Counted from the whole stretch's first letter, positions 46,877-56,662 are shown. The stretch: 62,485 nt of DNA, filler included, from 5 parts of 5 records of this genome joined end to end with filler, not necessarily neighbours in it, one strand, 5' to 3'. A program made the numbers and translations. Notes: generated by a model not told the origin, from the sequence alone.

Positions 46877-46901
46877 GCCACGGCCTCCTCTACGAGTGCG
46901 G

Positions 46902-47001
46902 NNNNNNNNNNNNNNNNNNNNNNNNNNNNNNNNNNNNNNNNNNNNTTAATTAATTAANNNNNNNNNNNNNNNNNNNNNNNNNNNNNNNNNNNNNNNNNNN
47001 N
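46902..47001. other. Artificial contig spacer
   Basis: 44 N + TTAATTAATTAA + 44 N. Confidence 0.99.
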
Positions 47002-47736
47002 CAGGATGGCCGCCACAAAGGCCTTCCACCCAAAGACGATCCCCATGTAAGGATCCAGAACCGGATAGGCAATGCCGAACAGAATGCCGGCCGCCGCCGC
47101 CAGGGCTGACCCGATGGCAAACGTAAGCCTCGCCACATTGTTGATGGAAACCCCCATGAGGGGCACCACCGCGTAATCAAAGGCCATGGCCCGCATGGCC
47201 ATGCCCCATTTGCTGCGCTTGACGAACTGGTGAAGCGCCACCATGAGCGAAATGGAGACCAGCACGATCACGATCTTCTTGTTGGTGACAAAAACGCCCC
47301 CCAGGTCGTAAGTGGCGGACTCAATCAGCCTCGGGAATCGCACCCTTTGCGCGCCCAGGAGCATGAGGTTCCCCGTCTCCAGAATGATGCCGATCATCAG
47401 TCCGGTGATGGCCGCGGAGGCCCGGGGTGCTTCTCGAAGGGGGCGGTATCCCACCCGCTCCACCAGCATCCCCAGAAAGGACGTCAAAAACATGCTGATG
47501 ATGATGGTGAGCACCAGAATCAGCCACCCCGGCGGCGCCACGGCGCCCATTTCGGCCAGGGCCACCAGCAAGGTGGCCATCCCGAATCCGATGTAGGCGC
47601 CCACCATGAAGATATCGCCATGGGCGAAATTAAACAGCATCAAAATACTGTAGACCATGGCATACCCCAAAGCAATGAGGGCATAAAAACTACCCCATTG
47701 AAGGGCGTTCACCAGATTCTGGAGAAAAAAAGTCAT
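47002..47736 (-). CDS. livH: Branched-chain amino acid ABC transporter permease, 3' truncated
   Basis: GSFYALIALGY, FNFAHGD, WGMAMRA, KAFVAAIL. Confidence 0.93.
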
Positions 47737-47822
47737 TCAACTGATTCCCCATAAAAAAGGCGAGCATGGGCATTCTCGCCCAACCCGCCTTATACCTGAC
47801 ACCTAAAACCTTAAATCCATCA

Positions 47823-48995
47823 TCACGGACATACGGACTTGTAAAATTCAAAGGTCCCCGTGTCACTGATCCGTACAATGACGGCACATTTGATCGGATC
47901 TCCTTCTTCCGTAAAGGTCATGTTCCCCGTAATGCCCTTGAATTCCTTGATGCGCGCAATGGCGTCTCTGACACACCTCCGATCTTTTTCAAGGTTGCCG
48001 GTGATTTTCCCGCAGGAGCGTATGGCTTCCTGCATAATGCCCAGCGAGTCCCATGTGAGGGCGGCCACATCGTCGGGCACATACCCGTATTTCTTTTGGT
48101 AACGCTCAATAAACGCTTTGGTGGCGCCCTTGGCGCCGGCCGCCGCATAGTGGCTGCTGAAGAAAAGCCCGTAGCAATCCTTGCCGCAAAGTTTCACCGT
48201 TTCAGCGGAACCCCAACTGTCGCTACCCACAATAGGTTTGTTCCAACCCAGTTCATGGGCCTGCTGCACGATCAGGGCCACCTCATTGTAGTATTGGGGT
48301 GTAAACAGGAACTGGGCCCCCGACTGGATGATTTTGGTCAGCTGGGAACTGAAATCGGGATCCTTGGTGGTGAAACTCTCAAAGGCCACCACCGAACCGG
48401 GCCCATGAAGTTTTTCCCACGCCTTTTTGAAATATTCCGCCAGCCCTTTTGGATAGTCGCTGGCCACGTCGTACAGGACCGCCGCCTTTTTAAACCCGAA
48501 TTCGTCGGTGATGAAATTGGCCACCACAGGACCTTGAAAGGGATCCAGAAAACACCCCCTGAAAACATAGGGCCGGCCGCTGGTGGTACTGGGATTCGTG
48601 GACCAGGGACTGATCATGGGGGTCTTCCAGTTGTTGGCCACTTCACCGGCCGGAACGGCCTGGGCCGATGCCTGGGGTCCCACAATTACCAGAACCTCAT
48701 CCTCGGTAATCATTTTGGTGTTGGCTTTGACCGCTGATTCAGCCTTTGATTCGTTGTCCTCGATAACCAGCTCCACGGGATATTTCTTTCCACCCACATC
48801 CAATCCACCTGCAATGTTGAGGTCATCCAGCCACATCTGGGCCGCAAATTTGGAACCTTCGCCCACTTTAGGAATGTCGCCGGTCAAGGGGGCGTTAATG
48901 CCGATTTTTATCACGTTGCTTTTGCTCCAGGCATTGGGCACAAACATCAAGATGGTGATGAGAAACAATCCGGTCAGAAACCATTCCTTACGCAT
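47823..48995 (-). CDS. Branched-chain amino acid ABC transporter substrate-binding protein
   Basis: Signal peptide; IKIGINAPLTG, STNP, PDFSSQLTKI, FKGITG; AGGAGG RBS; upstream of livH. Confidence 0.92.
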   Translation of the reverse strand: MRKEWFLTGLFLITILMFVPNAWSKSNVIKIGINAPLTGDIPKVGEGSKFAAQMWLDDLNIAGGLDVGGKKYPVELVIEDNESKAESAVKANTKMITEDEVLVIVGPQASAQAVPAGEVANNWKTPMISPWSTNPSTTSGRPYVFRGCFLDPFQGPVVANFITDEFGFKKAAVLYDVASDYPKGLAEYFKKAWEKLHGPGSVVAFESFTTKDPDFSSQLTKIIQSGAQFLFTPQYYNEVALIVQQAHELGWNKPIVGSDSWGSAETVKLCGKDCYGLFFSSHYAAAGAKGATKAFIERYQKKYGYVPDDVAALTWDSLGIMQEAIRSCGKITGNLEKDRRCVRDAIARIKEFKGITGNMTFTEEGDPIKCAVIVRISDTGTFEFYKSVCP

Positions 48996-49285
48996 GGGGT
49001 ATTCCTCCTTTTCCGCCAAGGTTGAATTAAGACGCCATTCTAAACTCAACTGAAAATATTTGCAATTCTTAAAAACGAATATGGCACAAGGAATGATGAG
49101 TGATGAGGGGAAACTCAGAATTCAATAATAAAGAAGAACTTCCTGTTTTTTAGATCCGCCCGCCAATGCGGCTGTTTTGGCGCCTGGATTGAGGCGGGCG
49201 GATCCGAAAAGGTTGATGTGCATCCGGTGGCCCTGAAAAGCCAAAACGGAAATACCTGCTCTGAAGCCACGATTTTGCTCATGGA

Positions 49286-49891
49286 TCAGGATTTCTGAAC
49301 ACTTTTTGGGACACCCTCGTATGGGGTCCATTTCTTGGAATTCAAGCCCTTTGGATCCCGTTTGGATTTCAGGATTTCAATACTGCTCTTAAGACCCTTG
49401 TAAAGCCGGGCCAGCTCCAGACCCATGCCGGAGATCTGCGCCAGGGCCTGGACCAGATTGACATCTTCCAGGGTCGCCTCCCAGGGCTCCGCAGAGTAAA
49501 CCCTTAATGCGCCGATGGGGCTTTTCCCCACAATGATGGGCACCGAAAGTATGGAAGAAATCCCTTCTTTCCTGGCTGCTTCCGGATACTGAATACGCGG
49601 GTCATCGGTGACGTCGGATATGGCCACGGGGCCGTCCTTTAAGGACCCGGCAATGGACTTCATGGAGCTGAGGGGGCCTTTGTTCAGATATTCCTCGCTC
49701 AAACCAAAAGAAGCCGCAACTTCCAGTTCGCTGGTTTTGCGGTTGAAAAGAAGCAGTGCGCATCCTTTGGCCTGTAATGCTCTTTTTACGCTTTCCGTCG
49801 TCAACAGGGCCACCTCTTCGGGATCCCTGGTCTGAACGATGTCCCTTGTCACCTTCAAGATCGCTTCGTAGTTCATCAATTCTTTTTTCAT
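49286..49891 (-). CDS. Stand-alone GAF domain protein
   Basis: ASFGLSEEYLNKGP, DDPRIQYPE..EGI.SILSVP, IGALRVY; GGAGGG RBS. Confidence 0.88.
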   Translation of the reverse strand: MKKELMNYEAILKVTRDIVQTRDPEEVALLTTESVKRALQAKGCALLLFNRKTSELEVAASFGLSEEYLNKGPLSSMKSIAGSLKDGPVAISDVTDDPRIQYPEAARKEGISSILSVPIIVGKSPIGALRVYSAEPWEATLEDVNLVQALAQISGMGLELARLYKGLKSSIEILKSKRDPKGLNSKKWTPYEGVPKSVQKS

Positions 49892-50235
49892 GGTGCCCTC
49901 CTTTCTCAAAAAACTTTATGAATAAGGATTTCAATAAACACCCAAGACAAAATTATCAAAAAATCCGGTTTTGTTTAAAAATGATCCGATATCCGAAATC
50001 GGCAGGTTTCTTCCAAGAATTGGAAGTTGGGCAACATAGAGAACCCGGGGGCAGACCCCCCCAATTCGATCCTTCGTTTCGCCCGAATGGGCATGAGGGT
50101 TGGTAGTGTTTCCGAGGTTTAGGAAAAGCGTCTTCCAAAGGGCCGTTTAAGCCCTGAAATCCTCAGCAGAACCGTTTGGATTCCGTGAGGATGAATGGCA
50201 CAATTTGAGCGGTTTCTCCATTGATCAAGGCTCCC

Positions 50236-51141
50236 CTAACGAAGCGTCTGTAACAACTGAGCAATCTGCTGTTCCCTGTTCAAAGCGGACTCCCATTCCC
50301 GGGGAAGGTCTCCGGCACCCGAATGGGCCCCCAACACCATTCCCGCCATCATGCCTCGGGCGGCACTGTCCCCTCCCGCCATAACCGATTGGATGAGGGC
50401 TTCTTTCAGATCACTTTCGTATTTGGCGATCAGATGAATGACACCGGGAAATGCCTCCGGGGTATGACAGGTCTGGCCGAAACGGGCAATGGTTTGAACG
50501 GAATCATCCCCGGTCGATTGAAGACCCGCCTTCACCCAGTCAAAGAGTGTGGTATCGGCGAAGTTTTCCCCGGCCGTTTCCCGAAGCGCTTTTCTGGGCG
50601 CCAGGCCTCCCAGGACCCGAAAGGTTACTTCCCCAAAGAACGCGGCACTTTCCACGGTCAAGGGATTGGTGTGGGTCATTCGTGTCTGAGCCCGTGCAGC
50701 CTCAAGCAGGTTTTCCAGGTGATCCGAATATATGTAAACCACCGGAGCAATACGGGCGGCACCCGCCAGATCATCGGAAGGGGAGCCGCCGTCTTTAAAT
50801 CCCTTTCCCGATTCGTATCCGGCCAGTGTGCCTTGTGTGGCTCCATCCAAATATCCGTTATAATTATTAAACAGCGCTTTCCAGCGGGTTGAGAAATCCG
50901 CCGGTGAAAAGCCTTTTTGAGCAGCCACGGATTCCAGCAGCACAAACATCTGGTCTCCGTAATGGGTGAGATCCCCCATTTCTTTTGTGGAATGGTAGCT
51001 GTTGGGCAGCGGTTTTAAAAGCGTCTCCACCCTTCCCAAGTGGGTCTCGATGGCTTTTGTATCGTAAACCCAATGGGCCCCGAGGGCCAGAGAATCAGCC
51101 GCAAATGATGCCATCACCATGGTAAATGCCCGATTTGCCAT
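50236..51141 (-). CDS. ADP-ribosylglycohydrolase family protein, divergent active site
   Basis: ADSLALG, QTRMTH, AGGDSAARG..G..LGA, LP.EW. Confidence 0.82.
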   Translation of the reverse strand: MANRAFTMVMASFAADSLALGAHWVYDTKAIETHLGRVETLLKPLPNSYHSTKEMGDLTHYGDQMFVLLESVAAQKGFSPADFSTRWKALFNNYNGYLDGATQGTLAGYESGKGFKDGGSPSDDLAGAARIAPVVYIYSDHLENLLEAARAQTRMTHTNPLTVESAAFFGEVTFRVLGGLAPRKALRETAGENFADTTLFDWVKAGLQSTGDDSVQTIARFGQTCHTPEAFPGVIHLIAKYESDLKEALIQSVMAGGDSAARGMMAGMVLGAHSGAGDLPREWESALNREQQIAQLLQTLR

Positions 51142-51389
51142 TCAGGGTCCTCCGTGGGTATCCTCCTGCAAGGCTTTGATTTCATTCTCACAGGAAAGTA
51201 CAGGGTGGCGTCACAATGAGATAGGCGCTCCCGCAAACGAGATCATGAGGATGTTAAAATCCTTGTCCTGACGCCCCGGGCTGAGATCTCTAATCCGGTA
51301 CTTGGACCCGTGATCGCCACCCTGAAATTCAAGTGAACCATCGTTTTCGGATTTTGTCAAATGAAATTTTCCGGTAACGGCACACAGTT

Positions 51390-51725
51390 TCAGGGTCTGT
51401 ATTTCCCGGATTTTTCTTCTTTTTCCTTGTTGAAATCATGGGAAGAGGCGGGAATGTCTCCAGCGATCAGGGATTTCAGATACAGAACGTGTTGATGGTC
51501 CGGTCCCAGTATGGGGATGAGGGAATGGACCGCCCGTCCCATGGTTCTGTCCAAGGAACCCTGAAAATGCCCTTTGATTTCACCCGGGAATTGTTCATAC
51601 TGCTTCACCAGGTTGTAAATCCAATCGTCAAGCTCGTTTGGCGCCAGATGGTTCTTTTCAAAGACATACCCCTCCAGGGCCCCGGCCGATGCGGCAAATT
51701 CAAAAATTTCCCGGTACATTTCCAT
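51390..51725 (-). CDS. Hypothetical protein (111 aa)
   Basis: Protein-like ORF with AAGGA upstream, co-directional with the riboflavin kinase and fdh genes. Confidence 0.7.
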   Translation of the reverse strand: MEMYREIFEFAASAGALEGYVFEKNHLAPNELDDWIYNLVKQYEQFPGEIKGHFQGSLDRTMGRAVHSLIPILGPDHQHVLYLKSLIAGDIPASSHDFNKEKEEKSGKYRP

Positions 51726-51771
51726 GGCGTCATTTATTCCTTACAATGGGCAAAAAGAGAGCAAAGGTACC

Positions 51772-52152
51772 TCAGCCGAAGATGGTGACCGCATCGCCGT
51801 CATCAAGGCCCAGGCGGTTTTTCAGGTTGCAGGAGGCGATCAATTCTATGGTCCGGTTGTCATGAATTCTGACGTCTTCACTGGGTAGCACCACCGCCGC
51901 GGCAATACCGTTAACCGTGACTTTCTTGACGCGCGCCGCACAAAAAGAGGGATCATCGGGAACCAGTTCAACATCTGCCACCCGTAATAATTCCCCCAGC
52001 ATCTGAACCGCTTTATCATTAATCCGAACATTCAGAGTTCCTGGAAACGGCGTCATGTCCAACTTGTTTTCGCACTGTTTTACCACCCAGTCCACCTGTG
52101 TAAAATAGGCTCCTTTTCCAGCGCCGCTCTCAATAACCCCCGATATTTTCAT
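51772..52152 (-). CDS. CTP-dependent (archaeal-type) riboflavin kinase, DUF120
   Basis: G.I.SG.GKGAYF, PFPGTLNV, IELIA..LK..LGLDDGD.V motifs. Confidence 0.85.
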   Translation of the reverse strand: MKISGVIESGAGKGAYFTQVDWVVKQCENKLDMTPFPGTLNVRINDKAVQMLGELLRVADVELVPDDPSFCAARVKKVTVNGIAAAVVLPSEDVRIHDNRTIELIASCNLKNRLGLDDGDAVTIFG

Positions 52153-52229
52153 GGTTTTCATCCTCAGGAAAAAGGGGGCGCCGCCCCCTTGATACATCCC
52201 TCGATTGGCAGGAGGTGTAATTGTAATGG

Positions 52230-52985
52230 TTACCCTGCCAGTTTATTGATAATATCCCACTCCCTGGAGAGATCCCTGAGGGATCGCCCGATTTTTCGAA
52301 GGGCCATCTTTCGATCCATTCCGATGGGGGCCTGGTCCGCCTCGGCATAAGAGTAGTACATTTCGGGCAGGTCCGCCAGAAGGTAGAATACCCGCAGGTC
52401 TTCCAATCCCGTGAGCGTGGCCTTTGGAAAACGGGTTTTTACTTTGGCAAAACGTTCCTTGGCCATTTCTCCCATTTTATTTCGGTCCCCGAAATTCATG
52501 GCACCGGTGGGGCAGGTTTTCACACAGGCCGGCAAAAGTCCGTTATGCACCCGATCCACGCACATGGTGCATTTGGCCATGTAACCGGTCCCTTTCTGCG
52601 CTCTTGGGATATCAAAAGGGCATGCGTTTATCACATCCTCCGGATCTATTTTTCTGAGTTTATCCGTATAGAGCACGGCCCCGGTCAAATTGTCAATGAT
52701 GATCCCGCCGGGGGCCACGCCCTCCACCGCTTCCATGCAGGGAGGGTCCACGCAGTGCCGGCACTGATCCGCAAAAAAGTACCATACCGGTTTGTTGTCC
52801 GGTCCCTTATGTTCCTTGAAGCGGACCAGCTTGTAAGTGTCGAAGGAGAGATCCTTCGGGTTCTGCATACTCCCCCAGTTATGGGTTTTCGTGGCCGGCA
52901 ATTGGTTCCATTGCTTACAGGCGATCTGACACCCTCGGCAAGCCGTGCATACTGTCGTATCAATAAAAAACGCTTTTCCACTCAT
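52230..52985 (-). CDS. fdhB: Formate dehydrogenase beta (iron-sulfur) subunit
   Basis: CTACRGCQIAC, QCRHC.DPPC, CPFDIP, KCTMC.DR, PACVKTCP; follows the alpha subunit. Confidence 0.92.
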   Translation of the reverse strand: MSGKAFFIDTTVCTACRGCQIACKQWNQLPATKTHNWGSMQNPKDLSFDTYKLVRFKEHKGPDNKPVWYFFADQCRHCVDPPCMEAVEGVAPGGIIIDNLTGAVLYTDKLRKIDPEDVINACPFDIPRAQKGTGYMAKCTMCVDRVHNGLLPACVKTCPTGAMNFGDRNKMGEMAKERFAKVKTRFPKATLTGLEDLRVFYLLADLPEMYYSYAEADQAPIGMDRKMALRKIGRSLRDLSREWDIINKLAG

Positions 52986-52998
52986 CAGATCACCCCCC

Positions 52999-54771
52999 TT
53001 ATGCTTTTTTCACGTTGACCATGAACGCCTTGGTTTCGGGAATCCGGGTGTTGGGGTCCCCCGCCGACGGCGTTAACAGGTTGGCCGAATCGCCCCCATC
53101 CTTGGGGTACCGCCAGCCGTAATGCCATGGCAAGCCCACCTGATGAACCGTATGGCCCTGGACCTTGAAAGGTTTCAGGCGTATGGTCACAACCGCCACG
53201 GCTTCCAATTTGCCGCGAGCCGACTCCACAGTCACCTTTTCACCGTTTTGGATCCCCTTCATGCCGGCCAGCTCCTTGCTCATCTCCACAAAGAGTTGCG
53301 GTTCAGCCTCCAGCAACCAGGGTTGCCACCTTGTCATAACCCCGGTCTGCCAGTGTTCGCACACGCGGAAGGTGGTGCACACAAAAGGATACCTGGGATC
53401 GCAGGATTTGTAGATATCCATGTCGGTATGATAGGTCACGGCCACCGGACTGCTCAACTGGGCGGAAAGGAGGTTTTTTTCCACGGGGCACTCGATGGCT
53501 TCGTAGTGTTCCGGGAACGGTCCGTCCGCCCTTCCGGGGCCGAAAATGTGCGCGTGACCCTCGGGTTTCATGATAAAGGGGTATTTGGTCTTGGGGTTGG
53601 GAGTGCCGTCCGGGTTGAGCATGGGAGGCCATCCGCCGTCGGGCACGTCACCTGTCCAGCCGCCCTTACCCCCCTTGGCATGGGGATCCCAGGAAATCAC
53701 CGGATGGTCCGGATCCCAGGGTTTGCCGTATGGGTCCACCGATGCACGATTGTAGATGATACGCCGGTTTACCGGCCAGCACCAGGCCCACCCAAGATTG
53801 AGTCCAATGCCTGACGTCTCCTTTTTGCGCCGGGCCGCCATATTCCCCTTAGCGGTGTAGGAGTTGCAATACAGCCAGTTGCCGCTGCTGGTGGTGCCGT
53901 CATCCTGGAGATAGGCAAAACTGGGAACCAGGTCTCCTTTTTTGAAATGTTTTCCTTTGACCGTCATGTTTTTCAGAAAGTAACCGTTGATCTCCTTGGC
54001 CATCTTGTGGGCGTCGAACTTCCCATGGGTCTCATAATCCCACTTGAGGTTCAGGATGGGCTCGGGAAAGACGCCGTTTTTTTCGTAAAGATCCTTTATT
54101 TTATTCCCGAGAGCCATGAGGATATGGCCGTCGGACCATGCCTGCCCCGGCGGATCGGCCGCTTTATAGCGCCACTGCATCCACCTGCCGCTGTTGGTAA
54201 TGGATCCTTCCTTTTCAACGGAAGCGGCACAGGGGAGGAAAAAAACCTCGGTCTTGATCTTTTTGGGATTCATGCCGGGCCCTTTCCAGAAGGAACCGGT
54301 TTCGTTGTCAAAGAGATTTACATTGACCATCCAGTCCAGTTTGGCCAGTCCTTCCCGGTTTTTCTTGGCGTCGGCGCCGGAAGCTGCCGGATTCTGCCCC
54401 CAGGCAAAAAAACCGGTAAACTCTCCCCGGTACATGACGTCGAAAAGATCGAGCCATGAATAGGTTTTTCCATCATCCAGCTTGGGCATCCAGTTGTATC
54501 CGAAGTCGTTCTCCCGGGTTGCCTTGTCGCCAAAGTAGCTTTTAAGGAGGCTCACCGAATATTTTGGATAGTTTCCCCACCAGTTGGCGCTCAGGGGATC
54601 GTTAGTGGTCGGGGTGTATTTCTTGTTGTAGGCCGCAAGCGTCGGTAACCCGGCCCTGGGGGTTTTCAGATATCCCGGCCAGATATGGAAAAGAATGCAG
54701 TGGTCCGTGGATCCCTGCACATTGCTTTCTCCCCGCAAGGCGTTGACGCCGCCGCCGGCCACGCCCATGTT
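52999..54771 (-). CDS. fdhA: Formate dehydrogenase alpha subunit (FdnG/FdhA type), C-terminal part only
   Basis: GGGVNALRGESNVQGSTD, EKEGSITNSGRW.QW, WP.NRRIIYNRAS, DGPFPEHYE, GDPNTRIPETKAF. Confidence 0.95.
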   Translation of the reverse strand, partial: NMGVAGGGVNALRGESNVQGSTDHCILFHIWPGYLKTPRAGLPTLAAYNKKYTPTTNDPLSANWWGNYPKYSVSLLKSYFGDKATRENDFGYNWMPKLDDGKTYSWLDLFDVMYRGEFTGFFAWGQNPAASGADAKKNREGLAKLDWMVNVNLFDNETGSFWKGPGMNPKKIKTEVFFLPCAASVEKEGSITNSGRWMQWRYKAADPPGQAWSDGHILMALGNKIKDLYEKNGVFPEPILNLKWDYETHGKFDAHKMAKEINGYFLKNMTVKGKHFKKGDLVPSFAYLQDDGTTSSGNWLYCNSYTAKGNMAARRKKETSGIGLNLGWAWCWPVNRRIIYNRASVDPYGKPWDPDHPVISWDPHAKGGKGGWTGDVPDGGWPPMLNPDGTPNPKTKYPFIMKPEGHAHIFGPGRADGPFPEHYEAIECPVEKNLLSAQLSSPVAVTYHTDMDIYKSCDPRYPFVCTTFRVCEHWQTGVMTRWQPWLLEAEPQLFVEMSKELAGMKGIQNGEKVTVESARGKLEAVAVVTIRLKPFKVQGHTVHQVGLPWHYGWRYPKDGGDSANLLTPSAGDPNTRIPETKAFMVNVKKA

Positions 54772-54871
54772 NNNNNNNNNNNNNNNNNNNNNNNNNNNNN
54801 NNNNNNNNNNNNNNNTTAATTAATTAANNNNNNNNNNNNNNNNNNNNNNNNNNNNNNNNNNNNNNNNNNNN
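54772..54871. other. Artificial contig spacer
   Basis: 44 N + TTAATTAATTAA + 44 N. Confidence 0.99.
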
Positions 54872-54896
54872 CATGAAGGACATGAAGTTCATGAAG
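54872..54896. repeat. Short 9-nt-period tandem repeat (CATGAAGnn x3) at the contig edge
   Basis: CATGAAG ga CATGAAG tt CATGAAG. Confidence 0.6.
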
Positions 54897-55121
54897 TAAA
54901 CTTTATGGTGAAAACCGGCCGGAGTCTTTTTTTTTTTCTCAAAACGGCTGTTCGATGGTTTTTGAGGAGAACTGTTTTTCTAGTGTGTGGATGGTAGTCC
55001 TGGAGTGGAACGCTGTTGTTCTTATCGAAGATATGGTCTTGTTTGAGAATGAAAAAGGGCTTGTTTGTCCGGTTTATCAATATGTTATAATTCTGGGGTA
55101 GAACGCTGATTCTAAAATTAG

Positions 55122-55169
55122 ATCAACAGTTGATTTTTTGTTGACAGATGGAATTACTATGCATAATAT
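55122..55169 (+). promoter_or_regulatory. Putative fadL promoter TTGACA-N17-TAATAT with an upstream palindrome
   Basis: TTGACA 55141-55146, TAATAT 55164-55169; ATCAAC-A-GTTGAT at 55122-55134. Confidence 0.55.
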
Positions 55170-55294
55170 TGCTCCCCATCACGATCAATTGCTAGAGAAG
55201 GAAAAGTTGTGCCGTTGAAGATAACACCGTTTACTCTGTAGATCTTCAATGTTGTCTCATTATTAATGTTTAACAAAGAAAGGAAGGTAGAAAG

Positions 55295-56605
55295 GTGAAA
55301 AAGTTAGTTCTGTTATTGACAGTTGTTCTCCTCGCTGCATCCGAGAGCCATGCGGGGCTTGTCCAAACCTTTGGTATCGGCGCAAACGCCACCTCCCAGG
55401 GTGAAGCAGTGGCGGCCCATGCCAACGATCCTTTTGCTGTGTACTACAATCCCGCCGGTCTGACCCTCATCAAGAAACCGGTGGTGACCACCGGGGTCAT
55501 GGTATATGATGCCAAGGTGGAAATAACGGATTTCAAGGTCACTTCCTCGTTGACGGGCGATCAAAATTACAATCCCGGCCGGGCCGATTTTGAGTCGGAC
55601 TGTGATACCCTCATCAATCCCACCATGGGGTTTGCCATGCCCATCAACGATAAATGGAGTTTTGGCATCGCCGCCTACGCTCCCTACGGCCTTCACCTTG
55701 AGTGGGACAAGGACTATCACAAAAATCCCGGTGCCCTCTACGCCTGGGAATCCAAGTTTGTCCGCACTGTTGTGACCCCTGCCTTTGGGTATAAGATTTC
55801 AGACAAGCTTGCCGTGGGATTTGGTGTCAGCCTTGGCAAATCCGTTTCCGATGCCGGCAAGACCATTCCTTTAGATCCAACAAATCCCACGCATTTGGCG
55901 CTTAAATCCGAAGACGATTTCAACTGGTCCTTCAACGTAGGCGTCATGTATCGTCCCATTGACAAGGTCTCCCTGGGGCTGACCTACCGAAGCCGGACCG
56001 ATGCCGATTTCGATGGGGACGTGCGGCTGAACGGAACAAAGACCGCTAAGGTCACCATGAATTATGACCATCCCGAATGCGTTCAGGCGGGTGTTCGCTA
56101 TTTTGCCACCAAGGACCTCTCCGTTGAGTTTGATATGACCTGGACCCGCTGGAACATCCTGGATGAGCAGGTGGAAAAGTCACCTGTTTTTACCGATGGC
56201 TATGTCCGCCACGATCGCGACTGGACCAACGAGATCCAGTATAAAATCGGCCTGGAATGGAAGATCACCGATTCCTTTGCACTTCGAAGCGGTTACACCT
56301 ATGATCCCACGCCGGTGCCCAACGATACCTTTGACCTGGGCTGGCCCGACACCGACCGCAACGTTTACAACCTTGGTTTCGGCTGGGATATCACCGACCG
56401 GTGGCACCTGGACGGCGTTATTCAGCATGTCCGAAGCTCCTCGGTCAGAAAGATCCGCGGGGATAGTGACGAACTAAATCACGTTTACGGCGGTATTGTC
56501 CATGGCTTAACCAAGACGGCCATACCTGCGGATACCGTGGAGGTGTCCTTTGGCAATGAAGGCATCCTCTGGGGATGCGGCCTCAACCTCAGCTACACCT
56601 TTTAA
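55295..56605 (+). CDS. OmpP1/FadL/TodX family outer membrane channel
   Basis: Signal peptide; YYNPAGL hatch motif, YAPYGL, LGLTYRS, LRSGYTYD.TPVP, terminal SYTF. Confidence 0.92.
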   Translation: MKKLVLLLTVVLLAASESHAGLVQTFGIGANATSQGEAVAAHANDPFAVYYNPAGLTLIKKPVVTTGVMVYDAKVEITDFKVTSSLTGDQNYNPGRADFESDCDTLINPTMGFAMPINDKWSFGIAAYAPYGLHLEWDKDYHKNPGALYAWESKFVRTVVTPAFGYKISDKLAVGFGVSLGKSVSDAGKTIPLDPTNPTHLALKSEDDFNWSFNVGVMYRPIDKVSLGLTYRSRTDADFDGDVRLNGTKTAKVTMNYDHPECVQAGVRYFATKDLSVEFDMTWTRWNILDEQVEKSPVFTDGYVRHDRDWTNEIQYKIGLEWKITDSFALRSGYTYDPTPVPNDTFDLGWPDTDRNVYNLGFGWDITDRWHLDGVIQHVRSSSVRKIRGDSDELNHVYGGIVHGLTKTAIPADTVEVSFGNEGILWGCGLNLSYTF

Positions 56606-56625
56606 TATAGTGCCTTGAATTTTTC

Positions 56626-56662
56626 GCCCCTGCCAGGAGACCCTTCCCGGCAGGGGCTTTTT
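56626..56662 (+). terminator. Intrinsic terminator after the fadL-like gene
   Basis: GCCCCTGCC...GGCAGGGGC followed by TTTTTT. Confidence 0.85.

Noticed and set aside
50197-50211. Sigma54-like TGGCAC-N-GAGC on the plus strand
   Set aside because: Weak -12 element and no plus-strand gene downstream.
52999-54771. Selenocysteine/SECIS in formate dehydrogenase alpha
   Set aside because: The Sec/Cys-bearing N-terminal half is off the contig, and no in-frame TGA is visible.
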